Below, one piece after another: positions 46,577-54,907 of a stretch of DNA of 54,907 nt. Origin of the DNA: a virus (lineage: Duplodnaviria; Caudoviricetes); IMG/VR virus record IMGVR_UViG_3300025012_000108, positions 1 through 54,907 of that record; one strand, 5' to 3'. The notes under the pieces were generated by a model. It worked only from the letters and a program-made list of their open reading frames with translations. It did no database searches and was not told the origin of the DNA. The stretch's first letter is position 1, and every line of letters begins with the position of its first letter. A program made the position numbers and the translations under genes.

Positions 46577-47254
46577 GTGTTCCCAATTTCGATACGGTGG
46601 GATAAAGGTTTAGGCAGTCTCGCGATATCCGCACGGATGCTGTACGGTCTCGGGTATTGGGACTTTGCCAATCAGGTTGAATCGGCAGAGGACACGGCTA
46701 ACTGCCGGGTCTATCTTACCGAACTCCCCACATCATCCCTCACCCTATCGTGGTACACGGTAGATGTTGCCCTCCCGTCTGCTCCCGGCCCCTTCCCTAT
46801 CGAGATCTTCGACGGCAACGGGGATTTGATAGGCGACGACCTCGCCCCCGGCACGGCGGCAGGTTCAACGGGCGGCACTGGATCCGCTGGCGTCGGCATC
46901 ACTCGCGAACAGTTGGCTATCAAGGTGCTCAGCAACCTTAAAGTGTATGACCGCAGCGGCCTTGACGCAGAGGACCAGCAGAACGTGCTGGACGCCTACG
47001 ACGCTGTTTACCAGGAGTTGAAAGACGATGGACTGGTAACGTGGACACAGGGCGAGGGTGAAACCATCCCCGTTCGTTTCATGAACAGCATCATCGCTCT
47101 TGTCTCGGCGGCAGATGTGCTGCTAGGCACCTACGCGCAGGAGCCCGTTGACGTCCAGCGGATCATGGCGGGGAAGGTGGCAGCGGAGCGGAGAATCAGG
47201 CGGCAGTTGGCAAGCGCACATGATACCGAAACGACCACCGTGGAGTATTTCTGA
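46577..47254 (+). CDS. Head-tail adaptor (P22 gp4-like C-domain) with an extra N-domain
   Basis: TREQLA..VL..L...D; ends VEYF; position after the capsid gene. Confidence 0.6.
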   Translation: MFPISIRWDKGLGSLAISARMLYGLGYWDFANQVESAEDTANCRVYLTELPTSSLTLSWYTVDVALPSAPGPFPIEIFDGNGDLIGDDLAPGTAAGSTGGTGSAGVGITREQLAIKVLSNLKVYDRSGLDAEDQQNVLDAYDAVYQELKDDGLVTWTQGEGETIPVRFMNSIIALVSAADVLLGTYAQEPVDVQRIMAGKVAAERRIRRQLASAHDTETTTVEYF

Positions 47255-47556
47255 TGGGCGCGACTATTCACAAATTGCCTACGTCGTTGGAGCGTGGCCC
47301 GCACAACACAGGAGAGGCCAAATGCGCAGCGTGTAAACACGAATGGGTAGCTGTGGCTCCCACTGGCACGGTATGGCTTGATTGTCCCAAATGCGAAACG
47401 TGCCACGGGCTGATGAAGGGTCCAGTTTACCCTGAAAATGCGCAATGGACCTGTAACTGTGGCTGCTATGTTTTCGTGATCAGCGACACCACCAACATTC
47501 TGTGCGCTGTGTGCGGAACTGTTCACGGCCAACAGTTTTTCCCGGAAGGCGACTAA
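47254..47556 (+). CDS. Zn-ribbon hypothetical protein inserted in the tail module
   Basis: CAACKHEWVAVAP.G...L.CPKC; W.CNCG; CAVCG. Confidence 0.7.
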   Translation: MGATIHKLPTSLERGPHNTGEAKCAACKHEWVAVAPTGTVWLDCPKCETCHGLMKGPVYPENAQWTCNCGCYVFVISDTTNILCAVCGTVHGQQFFPEGD

Positions 47557-48995
47557 TGCCTAGAATCCCCCTCGTATTCGGCCAGATGGACCTAGAGAGC
47601 GACCAGACTAGCCGCCGAGATCAGGTGTTAGCTCACTTGATTAACGGCTTCCGTGTCGGCTCTTCCATCCACATGTGGCCCGACCGCGCCGAATACTGTG
47701 ACCTAGGGGAGAATGGCAACGTCTACGTGTGGCAGTCTACCTTGCATGGCGTCAAATACGCCGTGTGCGCCGGGAAACTGTTCAGGGTCGATGGTGAAGG
47801 GCAAAAAACAGAGATAGCAGGGCCGGTGCTCTCCCTGAACACCCCGCCGGCCTTCGCAGAGGACGCATACAACGTCTTTGTCGCCGCAGCCTCCCCCATC
47901 TACAAGATAACCGGAGACACGGGGGCAGCTATCGCAGGGGGGCAGGCACCGGTTATCGTTACCTCTCTGGCGTTCCTCTCAGGCTTCCTTGTTGCCAACG
48001 GTCAAGACCCCGCAGGGGGAGGGCTGGCCGGTGATTTTGCCTACTCTGACACGCAGGGGGAGGACGGCCCGACCTATGCCGTGTGGAGCTACGAGAACAA
48101 CGCCACCAAGCCCGACGCGCTGCAAGGGCTAATTGCCACGCCTGATGATTACCTGTTCGCCATTGGCACCGAGTCCGTTGACGTGTCCTATGTCTCGGGC
48201 AACGTGGAATCCCCCTTCAGCAGCAACAAGGCGCTTGCACAGCCCTTTGGCACCCCTGAGCGGCACACCATCGCCTACGACTCGCAATCCATCTTCTTCA
48301 TGGCTGTAATCCAGGGAAACCGGCAGATTGTACGCCTCGTTGGCGGCAGGACGCCGCAGATAATTGGCTTCCCGCTTGGCGTGCCGGTGCAGGATGCCGA
48401 CATTACCGGGGCGCGGGGCCACATGGTGGGCTACCGGGGCCAGACGTTTTACGTGCTGACCCTGCCCCAAGCCAACGTTACCATTGATGACCTGTTCTTC
48501 CCTTCCCTCACCCTTGCATTTAACGTGAGAGCAGAGGAATGGGCCATTTTGGGAGAATGGGACGCGGACCAGGGGCGGTATACGGCGGCAGTGGCGCAAT
48601 CCTTTGCCTATGACGGGGCAACGCGCTACATCGGCGGCAACGATGGCAAGGTGTACACGCTGAGCGACGGAGTAAGGGCAGATGAACCGCTGATGCTGCA
48701 TCGTTGGCGCAACGACGGACGGCTGGAATGGGGTGCTGCGCGGTCCCTCTCCCTAGGCGCTATTGGCGACAGGCGCACGCCGCTGAAATCCCGGCAGTGT
48801 GGCAGGTACTACAAGCGGCAGGATGAGTTCATTCTTGTGCAAGGCAACATGAGAACGGTGATCCGTCCCGGTTGGCGCACATGGGGCAAGCCGATAGATC
48901 AAAAGATCAGCAATGAGTATGGTTATGACGTGAAGCGCGGGGACAGCGGAGTGGTGTTCAACGAGGTGACGGAAGATATTAAGGTGGTGCGATGA
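47556..48995 (+). CDS. Tail hub/nozzle (P22 gp10-like)
   Basis: Beta-propeller-like; PD.L.G; G.TFYVLT.P; LM..W.NDG..W...R..SLGAIG. Confidence 0.75.
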   Translation: MPRIPLVFGQMDLESDQTSRRDQVLAHLINGFRVGSSIHMWPDRAEYCDLGENGNVYVWQSTLHGVKYAVCAGKLFRVDGEGQKTEIAGPVLSLNTPPAFAEDAYNVFVAAASPIYKITGDTGAAIAGGQAPVIVTSLAFLSGFLVANGQDPAGGGLAGDFAYSDTQGEDGPTYAVWSYENNATKPDALQGLIATPDDYLFAIGTESVDVSYVSGNVESPFSSNKALAQPFGTPERHTIAYDSQSIFFMAVIQGNRQIVRLVGGRTPQIIGFPLGVPVQDADITGARGHMVGYRGQTFYVLTLPQANVTIDDLFFPSLTLAFNVRAEEWAILGEWDADQGRYTAAVAQSFAYDGATRYIGGNDGKVYTLSDGVRADEPLMLHRWRNDGRLEWGAARSLSLGAIGDRRTPLKSRQCGRYYKRQDEFILVQGNMRTVIRPGWRTWGKPIDQKISNEYGYDVKRGDSGVVFNEVTEDIKVVR

Positions 48996-50095
48996 CCCTC
49001 TCTTCTAGCCAAACGCCGAAATCGCCCCGTGAGCTGGAGCAGTTCTACCGGGATGTGGCTAAGATGCTCGGCAACCTTGCAGGCATCCCTTGGAACCTCA
49101 TCAGCAAGGCCGGGAGCCGTCTAGATGAAATCACCGTCCGCACTCACGACCTGTTGCAAGAGGTCAAGGGGTGGGCGACAGGTGCCGACACCGTTCAAGA
49201 CCGGCATATCAGCGATGCAGACGGCAAGGTGTGGCAAGACCACGTTGAGGTAACGGACGGTAACCCCCACGGCACCGACCACAGCCAGCTTGAAGCCATT
49301 GGCGAGCTCGACCCAACCAGCGCGGACGCGACCAAGGACAAGCACCTTTCCAACGCGCAGAGCAAGGTGTGGCAAGACCATACCGACGCAACGCAGAATG
49401 TCCACGGCATCGGCACAGGCAACAGCGTGGTAGGCACCGGGACGGCGCAGACCCTTACAAGCAAGAAGTTTGGCGACAGCATCACGCTACCAAAAACGGC
49501 TGGAACTGGCATCAAGATTGACACGGCATCGCCTGACTTCCCTTGGCGCGACCTGATAGGGCTGATTATTTACAAGGATGTGGGCGTAGGCTCCCCGGTA
49601 CTGACCACCTACCGAGGCAATGTGAGGGATGTTAACTTTGCCGCAGGCGACGATTACGACCTGAAATTCCACGTTGACCATGATTGGGTGCCGGGGAAGG
49701 ACTGTTTTATCCACATGCACTGGTCACATAACGGGACCGACGTAAGTGGTAGCCTGGTCATTAACTACTACGTCACTTATGCTAAGGGGCACAACCAAGC
49801 GCCGTTCCACGCAGAAAAGAACATTACGCAGACCATCGCCAGCCTGAGTATCGCGAACACCCCGCAGTATCAGGCGCGAATAGACGAAATTCAGCTTTCT
49901 TCCTCAGGCGGCAGCTCTACCACGATTGACACCGACCTGATAGAGCCGGACGGTTTAATCCTTATCCACTTTGATGTGACCACCATCCCAACTATCACGG
50001 GCGGTTCCGGCAAGCCGTTCATCCATTTCGTGGACGTCCATTGCCAGTCAACAGGCGTAGGGACCAAGCAGAAAGCACCGGACTTTTACACATAA
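48992..50095 (+). CDS. Tail needle/fibre-like protein with an internal KVWQDH repeat
   Basis: Repeats QDRHISDADGKVWQDH and KDKHLSNAQSKVWQDH; NVHG.G....VVGT...QTLT.K. Confidence 0.6.
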   Translation: MTLSSSQTPKSPRELEQFYRDVAKMLGNLAGIPWNLISKAGSRLDEITVRTHDLLQEVKGWATGADTVQDRHISDADGKVWQDHVEVTDGNPHGTDHSQLEAIGELDPTSADATKDKHLSNAQSKVWQDHTDATQNVHGIGTGNSVVGTGTAQTLTSKKFGDSITLPKTAGTGIKIDTASPDFPWRDLIGLIIYKDVGVGSPVLTTYRGNVRDVNFAAGDDYDLKFHVDHDWVPGKDCFIHMHWSHNGTDVSGSLVINYYVTYAKGHNQAPFHAEKNITQTIASLSIANTPQYQARIDEIQLSSSGGSSTTIDTDLIEPDGLILIHFDVTTIPTITGGSGKPFIHFVDVHCQSTGVGTKQKAPDFYT

Positions 50096-50104
50096 GGACA
50101 ACCC

Positions 50105-51151
50105 ATGATACACACGCTTTCACTCTGTAGTGTTTGCTACAAGAAGATCCCGGCTAGGATCCACTTCGCGGACGGCATGGCAATCATGACCAAGGAGTGT
50201 GACGTTCACGGGCCGTTCACGGCGGTAGTGGAGAAGGACATCCAGCACGTTTCCAACTTCTATCACCGTGGCACGCTCGGCAACAATAACACCATCATCA
50301 TACACACGCACAACGATTGCAACATGGAGTGCCCCTGGTGTTACTACCCAATGGGCAAAGAGAAGATGCAGCCGTTTTCCTACTATCAAAGTCTGCTCGG
50401 CTTTCCCTACAATGGTTTCCGTCTGCTGTTTTCCGGGGGGGAACCTACGCTAAGGCCCGATTTCTTTGAGTTCCACCACGAAGCATATATCAGAGGGTGG
50501 GGGCCGTCCAGCATCACCAACATGATAAGGCTCGGGGATGATGACTTCTTTAAAGCGACCATGAATGAGGAGCACGTCACCGGGAACCTGTACCGCTTTG
50601 CTATGTCCATGCAGCACCCGAAGAACTACCCCGAAGCGGTGTTGCGGCAGAAGATCAGGGCCATAGAGAACATCGAAAGCAAAGGACTCAAGGCAATGTG
50701 CGCCATGTTTTCCATCCAGTCGCTTGACGAACTGGACTACATCCGCGAATTCTACGACCGCACCAAGCACACGTATACCATGCTCCGCATCCGCACCATG
50801 TTTGGCAATTGGGAGAACAAGGGGGCTGAGAAGCTGTTCCTTTCCGACTTGCACAAGGCGTTCATAGAGAAGTTTTCCGACCTCATGCCAACCCTTTCCG
50901 AGACGGTGGAAAAGTCCAACATGTACTGCCTGTATTTGGCAATGAAAGACGGGATGCAGGTTTCGCTGAGCAGCGCCCCTACGGTGGAAAACGTTGACTA
51001 CCATGTTTGCTCCCGGCCTGTTTTCATGCTGGCAATGGACGGCAGATGCTATTCTGTCCCGCTAGCTCAAATAGCCAACGAAGGGTTTATGAAAGGATGG
51101 CATTCGGGTTTCAGGCTCCAAGGAGGTGCAACATGTGGGCAGCCGCAGTAG
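50105..51151 (+). CDS. Radical SAM enzyme with MJ0619/Tes-like N-terminal CxxC...CxxH domain
   Basis: TLSLCSVCYKKIPA...KECDVHGPF; CNMECPWC (CxxxCxxC); FSGGEPTL. Confidence 0.88.
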   Translation: MIHTLSLCSVCYKKIPARIHFADGMAIMTKECDVHGPFTAVVEKDIQHVSNFYHRGTLGNNNTIIIHTHNDCNMECPWCYYPMGKEKMQPFSYYQSLLGFPYNGFRLLFSGGEPTLRPDFFEFHHEAYIRGWGPSSITNMIRLGDDDFFKATMNEEHVTGNLYRFAMSMQHPKNYPEAVLRQKIRAIENIESKGLKAMCAMFSIQSLDELDYIREFYDRTKHTYTMLRIRTMFGNWENKGAEKLFLSDLHKAFIEKFSDLMPTLSETVEKSNMYCLYLAMKDGMQVSLSSAPTVENVDYHVCSRPVFMLAMDGRCYSVPLAQIANEGFMKGWHSGFRLQGGATCGQPQ

Positions 51152-51291
51152 TAGCAGGGCCAGCAGTAATAGGCGCGGCAGCATCCAACATCCAAGTTTC
51201 TCTTTCACCCGCGCCAACAGTTGAAAGCAAAAGCATAGAAAAAGGCTGGAAGGACGGCGTTGAACTGGCAGGAGGTGCAACATGTGGGTAG
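51133..51291 (+). CDS. Chimeric 52-aa mini-ORF (ejection-protein-like leader plus radical-SAM-like C-terminus)
   Basis: AGGAGG RBS; MWAAAVVAGPAVIGAAASN + IQVSLSPAPTVE...KGW.DG..L.GGATCG. Confidence 0.6.
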   Translation: MWAAAVVAGPAVIGAAASNIQVSLSPAPTVESKSIEKGWKDGVELAGGATCG

Positions 51292-52148
51292 CAGTCGGGA
51301 CGGTAGCAGCAGCAGCCATCGGGGCCGGGGCAAGTGCGGCAGCATCCAACAGTGCAGCGAAGAAACAAGCGGCAGGGATTAAGGGTGCTCAAACAGATGC
51401 AAATCAATTGCAGTGGGATATGTATGATGACACGAAAAACCGGTTTCAGAAGTTTGAAGACCCGGCAGAAAGGGCATTAGCCACTCTCCAAAACGCTCTT
51501 TACGGCAGCAAATCCGAATACGTTGACCCGCGCTTTACTAAACTGGACGCAGGGGATTTGCAAAACCTTAACGCCGACTTGTTACGACAGAGCGGCAACG
51601 AGTATTTTGCCGGTAAAGACAATAATTTCCTGTTGCAGCACTTGGCAAACAACCCTTGGGACGCCAAATACAGCGCGGACAAGCCCTTTTACCGTGGGCC
51701 GGACGGGCAGATTACCGACAAACCCTCCATGCTCTCGGCGCAGTGGAAGCCGCAGGAGTCGGAAGGATTCAAGTATACCAAGAGCCGCACCCTTGAGGAT
51801 TTGGGCCGATCTCTCCGCATGATGGGGAGAGGGTCCGGCACCGTTGCAGCCAACGCCACCGGGCGCACCCTTGGCGACCTCAACGTACAGAACGAGGCCA
51901 CGCAGCGCAACGAGCTGTGGAACATGGTCAAAACCGGCCAGGGCGCAGCGGGTAGCATCGCCGGGGCGGGGCAGAACGCCGCGAACAACGTGGGCGGCAA
52001 CATCATGAACACCGGCAACAACCTCGCCAACATTGCGCAGAACAACGGGCAGACTCAGGCCAGCCTGTGGGCGGGCTTGGGCGGCACGGCAGCAAACGCC
52101 TACGGCACCTACCAGATGGGCAAGTACCTGAACGGCAAAACGGTATAA
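51282..52148 (+). CDS. DNA ejection/internal virion protein (P22 gp7-like)
   Basis: Hydrophobic A/G-rich N-terminus; G/A/N/Q-rich C-terminus; position in the operon. Confidence 0.75.
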   Translation: MWVAVGTVAAAAIGAGASAAASNSAAKKQAAGIKGAQTDANQLQWDMYDDTKNRFQKFEDPAERALATLQNALYGSKSEYVDPRFTKLDAGDLQNLNADLLRQSGNEYFAGKDNNFLLQHLANNPWDAKYSADKPFYRGPDGQITDKPSMLSAQWKPQESEGFKYTKSRTLEDLGRSLRMMGRGSGTVAANATGRTLGDLNVQNEATQRNELWNMVKTGQGAAGSIAGAGQNAANNVGGNIMNTGNNLANIAQNNGQTQASLWAGLGGTAANAYGTYQMGKYLNGKTV

Positions 52149-52157
52149 GGAGGTAGC

Positions 52158-53450
52158 ATGGCTTTCGATCCGTGGGCATCCACAAACCAGGGGCTATCCA
52201 ACCTCACCAACACGCTCGGCACTCTGGCGCAACTGAAGCGGCAAGACCAGCAGTATGCCGATGAAGCGCCGTTGCGCTCCCTTCAGATGCAGCAGGCACA
52301 GCAGGGCGTGGAGCAGCAGGGGCTTACCCTCGCCAACCTCAAGGGGCAGCAGGGGGCACTGACCGACCAATACGGCACCACAGGCCAGCCGGATGCACTG
52401 CCCCGCGCTATGTCATTTCAGGCCCAAGAAGAGCAGATGCAGAAGGAACAGGCCACAAAGCAGAAGGGTTTTGAAGTGTACCTCAACACCATCAAGGCGC
52501 TTGACGGCATGACCAACCTTGACGCGACCACCAAGACGGAGATTGGCAAGCACTTTCTGTCTCAGAACCCCGACTATGCCCCCTTTGCCAACAATCTGAA
52601 GTATGTTGACTCCAAGGGTGTCAAGGCCGCTCGGCAGTTCGGGGAAGGTGAACTAAAAGACCCCGCAACAGGCAAACCCCTCCCCGCAGGTTACTACGAG
52701 ACAGAGGGCGTATGGACCGGTGACGCCGCTAACCCCGTGAAACTGACCGCATACAAGCTTGTTCCCGAGAAGAAGGATGAGCATGAAACATGGGGCGACC
52801 CCTACCAAGACAACGTGGGTGGCAAAAAGGCCATGATGCAGAAGAGCAGCCGGGGGCAGGTCCGGTCTGTACTGGCGGACAACAGCACTACGGTAAAAGT
52901 GAGTGCGGGTGGCGGTCACGACACCATGCAGGGCGGCAAACCACAGGGCGGTAAGATCCTCCCCGCTGGACAGCTTGAGTCGATAGCCGACATGAAGCGC
53001 GTTAAGGATGTGCTTGCAGAGGCATCTGACCTGCTCAAAAGCGGCAAGATTGATACCGGCCCTGTGTCTGGCCGTTTGCAATCTCTCGGCTCCAAGGTGG
53101 GTCTTGCTTCTGACAACTTCGTGAACCTTCAACAGAAGATGCAGACCGCCGAGAACATCATGCTCAAACTCCGCTCCGGGGCCGCTGTTACAGAGAGCGA
53201 GTATCAGAGGTTCAAGAAGGAATTCCCTCGTACCAGCGACACCCCGGAAGTGCGGGATAGGAAGATGGCAAACGCCATTGGCTACGCCTCTACCCTTATG
53301 GACAGCAAAATGGACATCTACGAGGAAGGGGGTTACAGGGTGCCACAGAGCGTTAAGAGCGGTGGCAAGCCAGCAGGTAAGCCCGCGCAGAAGCAAGCCC
53401 AAGGCCAGACCAAGAAAGGCGGCAGGTTCACCATTATCGAGGTGAAGTAA
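52158..53450 (+). CDS. DNA ejection/internal virion protein (gp20-like position)
   Basis: Gln-rich N-terminus; LRSGAAVTESE..R...FP motif. Confidence 0.7.
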   Translation: MAFDPWASTNQGLSNLTNTLGTLAQLKRQDQQYADEAPLRSLQMQQAQQGVEQQGLTLANLKGQQGALTDQYGTTGQPDALPRAMSFQAQEEQMQKEQATKQKGFEVYLNTIKALDGMTNLDATTKTEIGKHFLSQNPDYAPFANNLKYVDSKGVKAARQFGEGELKDPATGKPLPAGYYETEGVWTGDAANPVKLTAYKLVPEKKDEHETWGDPYQDNVGGKKAMMQKSSRGQVRSVLADNSTTVKVSAGGGHDTMQGGKPQGGKILPAGQLESIADMKRVKDVLAEASDLLKSGKIDTGPVSGRLQSLGSKVGLASDNFVNLQQKMQTAENIMLKLRSGAAVTESEYQRFKKEFPRTSDTPEVRDRKMANAIGYASTLMDSKMDIYEEGGYRVPQSVKSGGKPAGKPAQKQAQGQTKKGGRFTIIEVK

Positions 53451-54907
53451 TGGCGCAGTATACCGTAAAGGACAACGCGACCAAAAAAACCATCACTTTT
53501 GATTGGGACGGTGACGGCCCCCCCACCGATGCCGACATGGTGGAGGTGTTTGCAGCAGCGAAGCAGACCCGCAGCGCCGACATTGTCAAGGGCGCGAAAA
53601 TGGACCTCGCCGAAGCCAGCGACTACGCCGCCAACCGCGCAGCTTTCGCGCAAGAGGGGGGCGTTAGCACCTTTGGCGGCAAGCAGGGGGGTGATACCCG
53701 CAAGATCAGTTACACCGATAGCGGCTACCGCCCCAACCAGCCAGCCAAGACGCTGAAGGAGTTGGCGCGTAACACTGTTCAAGACGTGGTGGAACTTCCC
53801 CTCATGCCGGTGCGGATGCTCAAGGATGTTGCCGACTCCCCCGACACAGGCCGCACGTTGGCGGAACTCGGCAAGGGGATAGTGCGGGGGCCGCTGGAGT
53901 ACATCCCCGGCGTAGGCAAAGCCTTGGGCGGTAGATCGGCAACGGAGGCATGGTCCACTAACCCCGGCTACGGGGCGATGACCTTGGCGGGTGTAGCGGC
54001 GGCAGGTAAGGCCATGAAAGGCAAGCCGTCAACATCCCCCGCTCCGGCCAAGTCCGGTGGCTTGGCTGAGAAGGCGGCTACCAAGCTTTACGACATGACA
54101 TTGAAGCAGGGCACCACGCTGAGGCCCGATATCCGTAGGCAGAACGTCAAGACCGGCCTTGAAGGTGGATACCTTCCAAACAGCAAGGGCGTTGATAAGC
54201 TGGCCGCTGATGTGTCCAAGGCAGAGGGGGCTATTGCATCAGGGATAGACGCGGGTGATGCTGCCGCCGTTCGTGGCACCCTTGACCGCGCCATTGCCAA
54301 CGTGGAGGCGTTGCGCGACCAAGCCAAGCGTTCTGCCAACCCCGAACAGAACTTGGCAAAGATTGATGCTGAACTTGAAAGACTCCGCGCCAACCCGATG
54401 CTTGAGGGTGACTATGTCAACCCCACCACCGGCGAAGTGGCTAAAACAATCCCTATCAGCGAAGTTCAGAAGATGAAGGTTGAGCAGGGCCGCGCTGTCA
54501 AGTACCAGCAGAAAACGGGTCAGGCCGTTGACCCCTTCCAAGCGTCTATTGACAAGGCCCGTATCAGGGGGCTTAAGGAAGAACTGGAAACGCAGCTTTT
54601 CGACGTGTTCCCCGAGTTGAAGCAGACCAACCAGAAGCTAGGGCAGATGTACCAGCTTCAGGACGTGCTGGAACGCGCAGCAAGCCGCATAGAGAACAAC
54701 CAAGGGATAGGCATTGGCTTACCAATCAAGGGCGGCGCAGGGGCCACTATTGGCGGCATGATTGGCGGGGCTCCCGGTGCGGCCATTGGCGGCGGCATTG
54801 GCACCATGATAGGCATCATTGAGCACCCCGCAGTTGCCCCCCGTTTGGCAATGGCGCTTTACAAGGCCAGCAAAGGCAAAATGACCATGCCGCAGGCTAG
54901 GGCATCG
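53450..54907 (+). CDS. N-terminal part of the large ejection protein (about 687 aa once joined to 138-743)
   Basis: TAATG coupling; open frame running to the window end, in frame with 36-743; not in the ORF track because it has no stop codon. Confidence 0.8.
   Translation, partial: MAQYTVKDNATKKTITFDWDGDGPPTDADMVEVFAAAKQTRSADIVKGAKMDLAEASDYAANRAAFAQEGGVSTFGGKQGGDTRKISYTDSGYRPNQPAKTLKELARNTVQDVVELPLMPVRMLKDVADSPDTGRTLAELGKGIVRGPLEYIPGVGKALGGRSATEAWSTNPGYGAMTLAGVAAAGKAMKGKPSTSPAPAKSGGLAEKAATKLYDMTLKQGTTLRPDIRRQNVKTGLEGGYLPNSKGVDKLAADVSKAEGAIASGIDAGDAAAVRGTLDRAIANVEALRDQAKRSANPEQNLAKIDAELERLRANPMLEGDYVNPTTGEVAKTIPISEVQKMKVEQGRAVKYQQKTGQAVDPFQASIDKARIRGLKEELETQLFDVFPELKQTNQKLGQMYQLQDVLERAASRIENNQGIGIGLPIKGGAGATIGGMIGGAPGAAIGGGIGTMIGIIEHPAVAPRLAMALYKASKGKMTMPQARAS
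54782..54907. repeat. Terminal direct repeat (126 bp), copy 2
   Basis: Identical to 12-137. Confidence 0.95.

Noticed and set aside
47254-47556. CETCH as a heme-binding motif
   Set aside because: There is no signal peptide, and the Cys pattern fits tandem Zn ribbons.
49215-49385. Repeated GCAAGGTGTGGCAAGACCA as a possible DGR template/variable pair
   Set aside because: It is a short in-frame protein repeat, with no adenine-specific mismatch pattern and no reverse transcriptase in the genome.
54782-54907. 126-bp terminal repeat as a physical direct terminal repeat
   Set aside because: It lies inside a coding sequence and is about one assembler k-mer long, so it indicates circular overlap rather than real genome ends.
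1-54907. Alternative genetic code or stop-codon reassignment
   Set aside because: Core genes (terL, portal, capsid, dnaB) are full length in the standard code, and all three stop codons end genes.

Overview
The window is an essentially complete, circularly permuted ~54.8 kb genome of a P22-like (podovirus-type) tailed phage. Bases 12-137 repeat as 54782-54907, and one virion gene runs across that junction. The rightward late operon (about 36,000 through the junction to about 10,700) carries small and large terminase, portal, scaffold, an N4-gp56/DUF4043-type capsid, tail adaptor and nozzle, three ejection-type proteins, two beta-helix tailspike/fibre proteins and lysis genes. There are two leftward early blocks of small genes (10.9-15.6 kb and 30.6-35.8 kb). 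A rightward replication/recombination block (15.7-30.5 kb) contains RepL-like, ERF, IbrAB-like ParB plus PAPS-reductase, PD-(D/E)XK nuclease, lambda-O-like initiator with iterons, DnaB and resolvase genes. No integrase was recognised. The most unusual features are: (1) a radical SAM enzyme with an MJ0619/Tes-like N-terminal metal site, placed directly before the first ejection protein, with a chimeric mini-ORF that duplicates their junction; (2) Sec/lipoprotein-type signal peptides on the tailspike, the tail fibre and other late proteins, plus a leader on the capsid protein; (3) a dispersed ~80-nt intergenic repeat family present in both orientations; (4) several structured leader RNAs, including loop-loop complementary attenuator-like leaders and a tRNA-like element; (5) paralogous promoter-RHH-GIY-YIG cassettes with different operator repeats; and (6) an Acb2/Tad1-like anti-defence candidate. 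All family assignments come from motif recognition by eye; no database searches were run.
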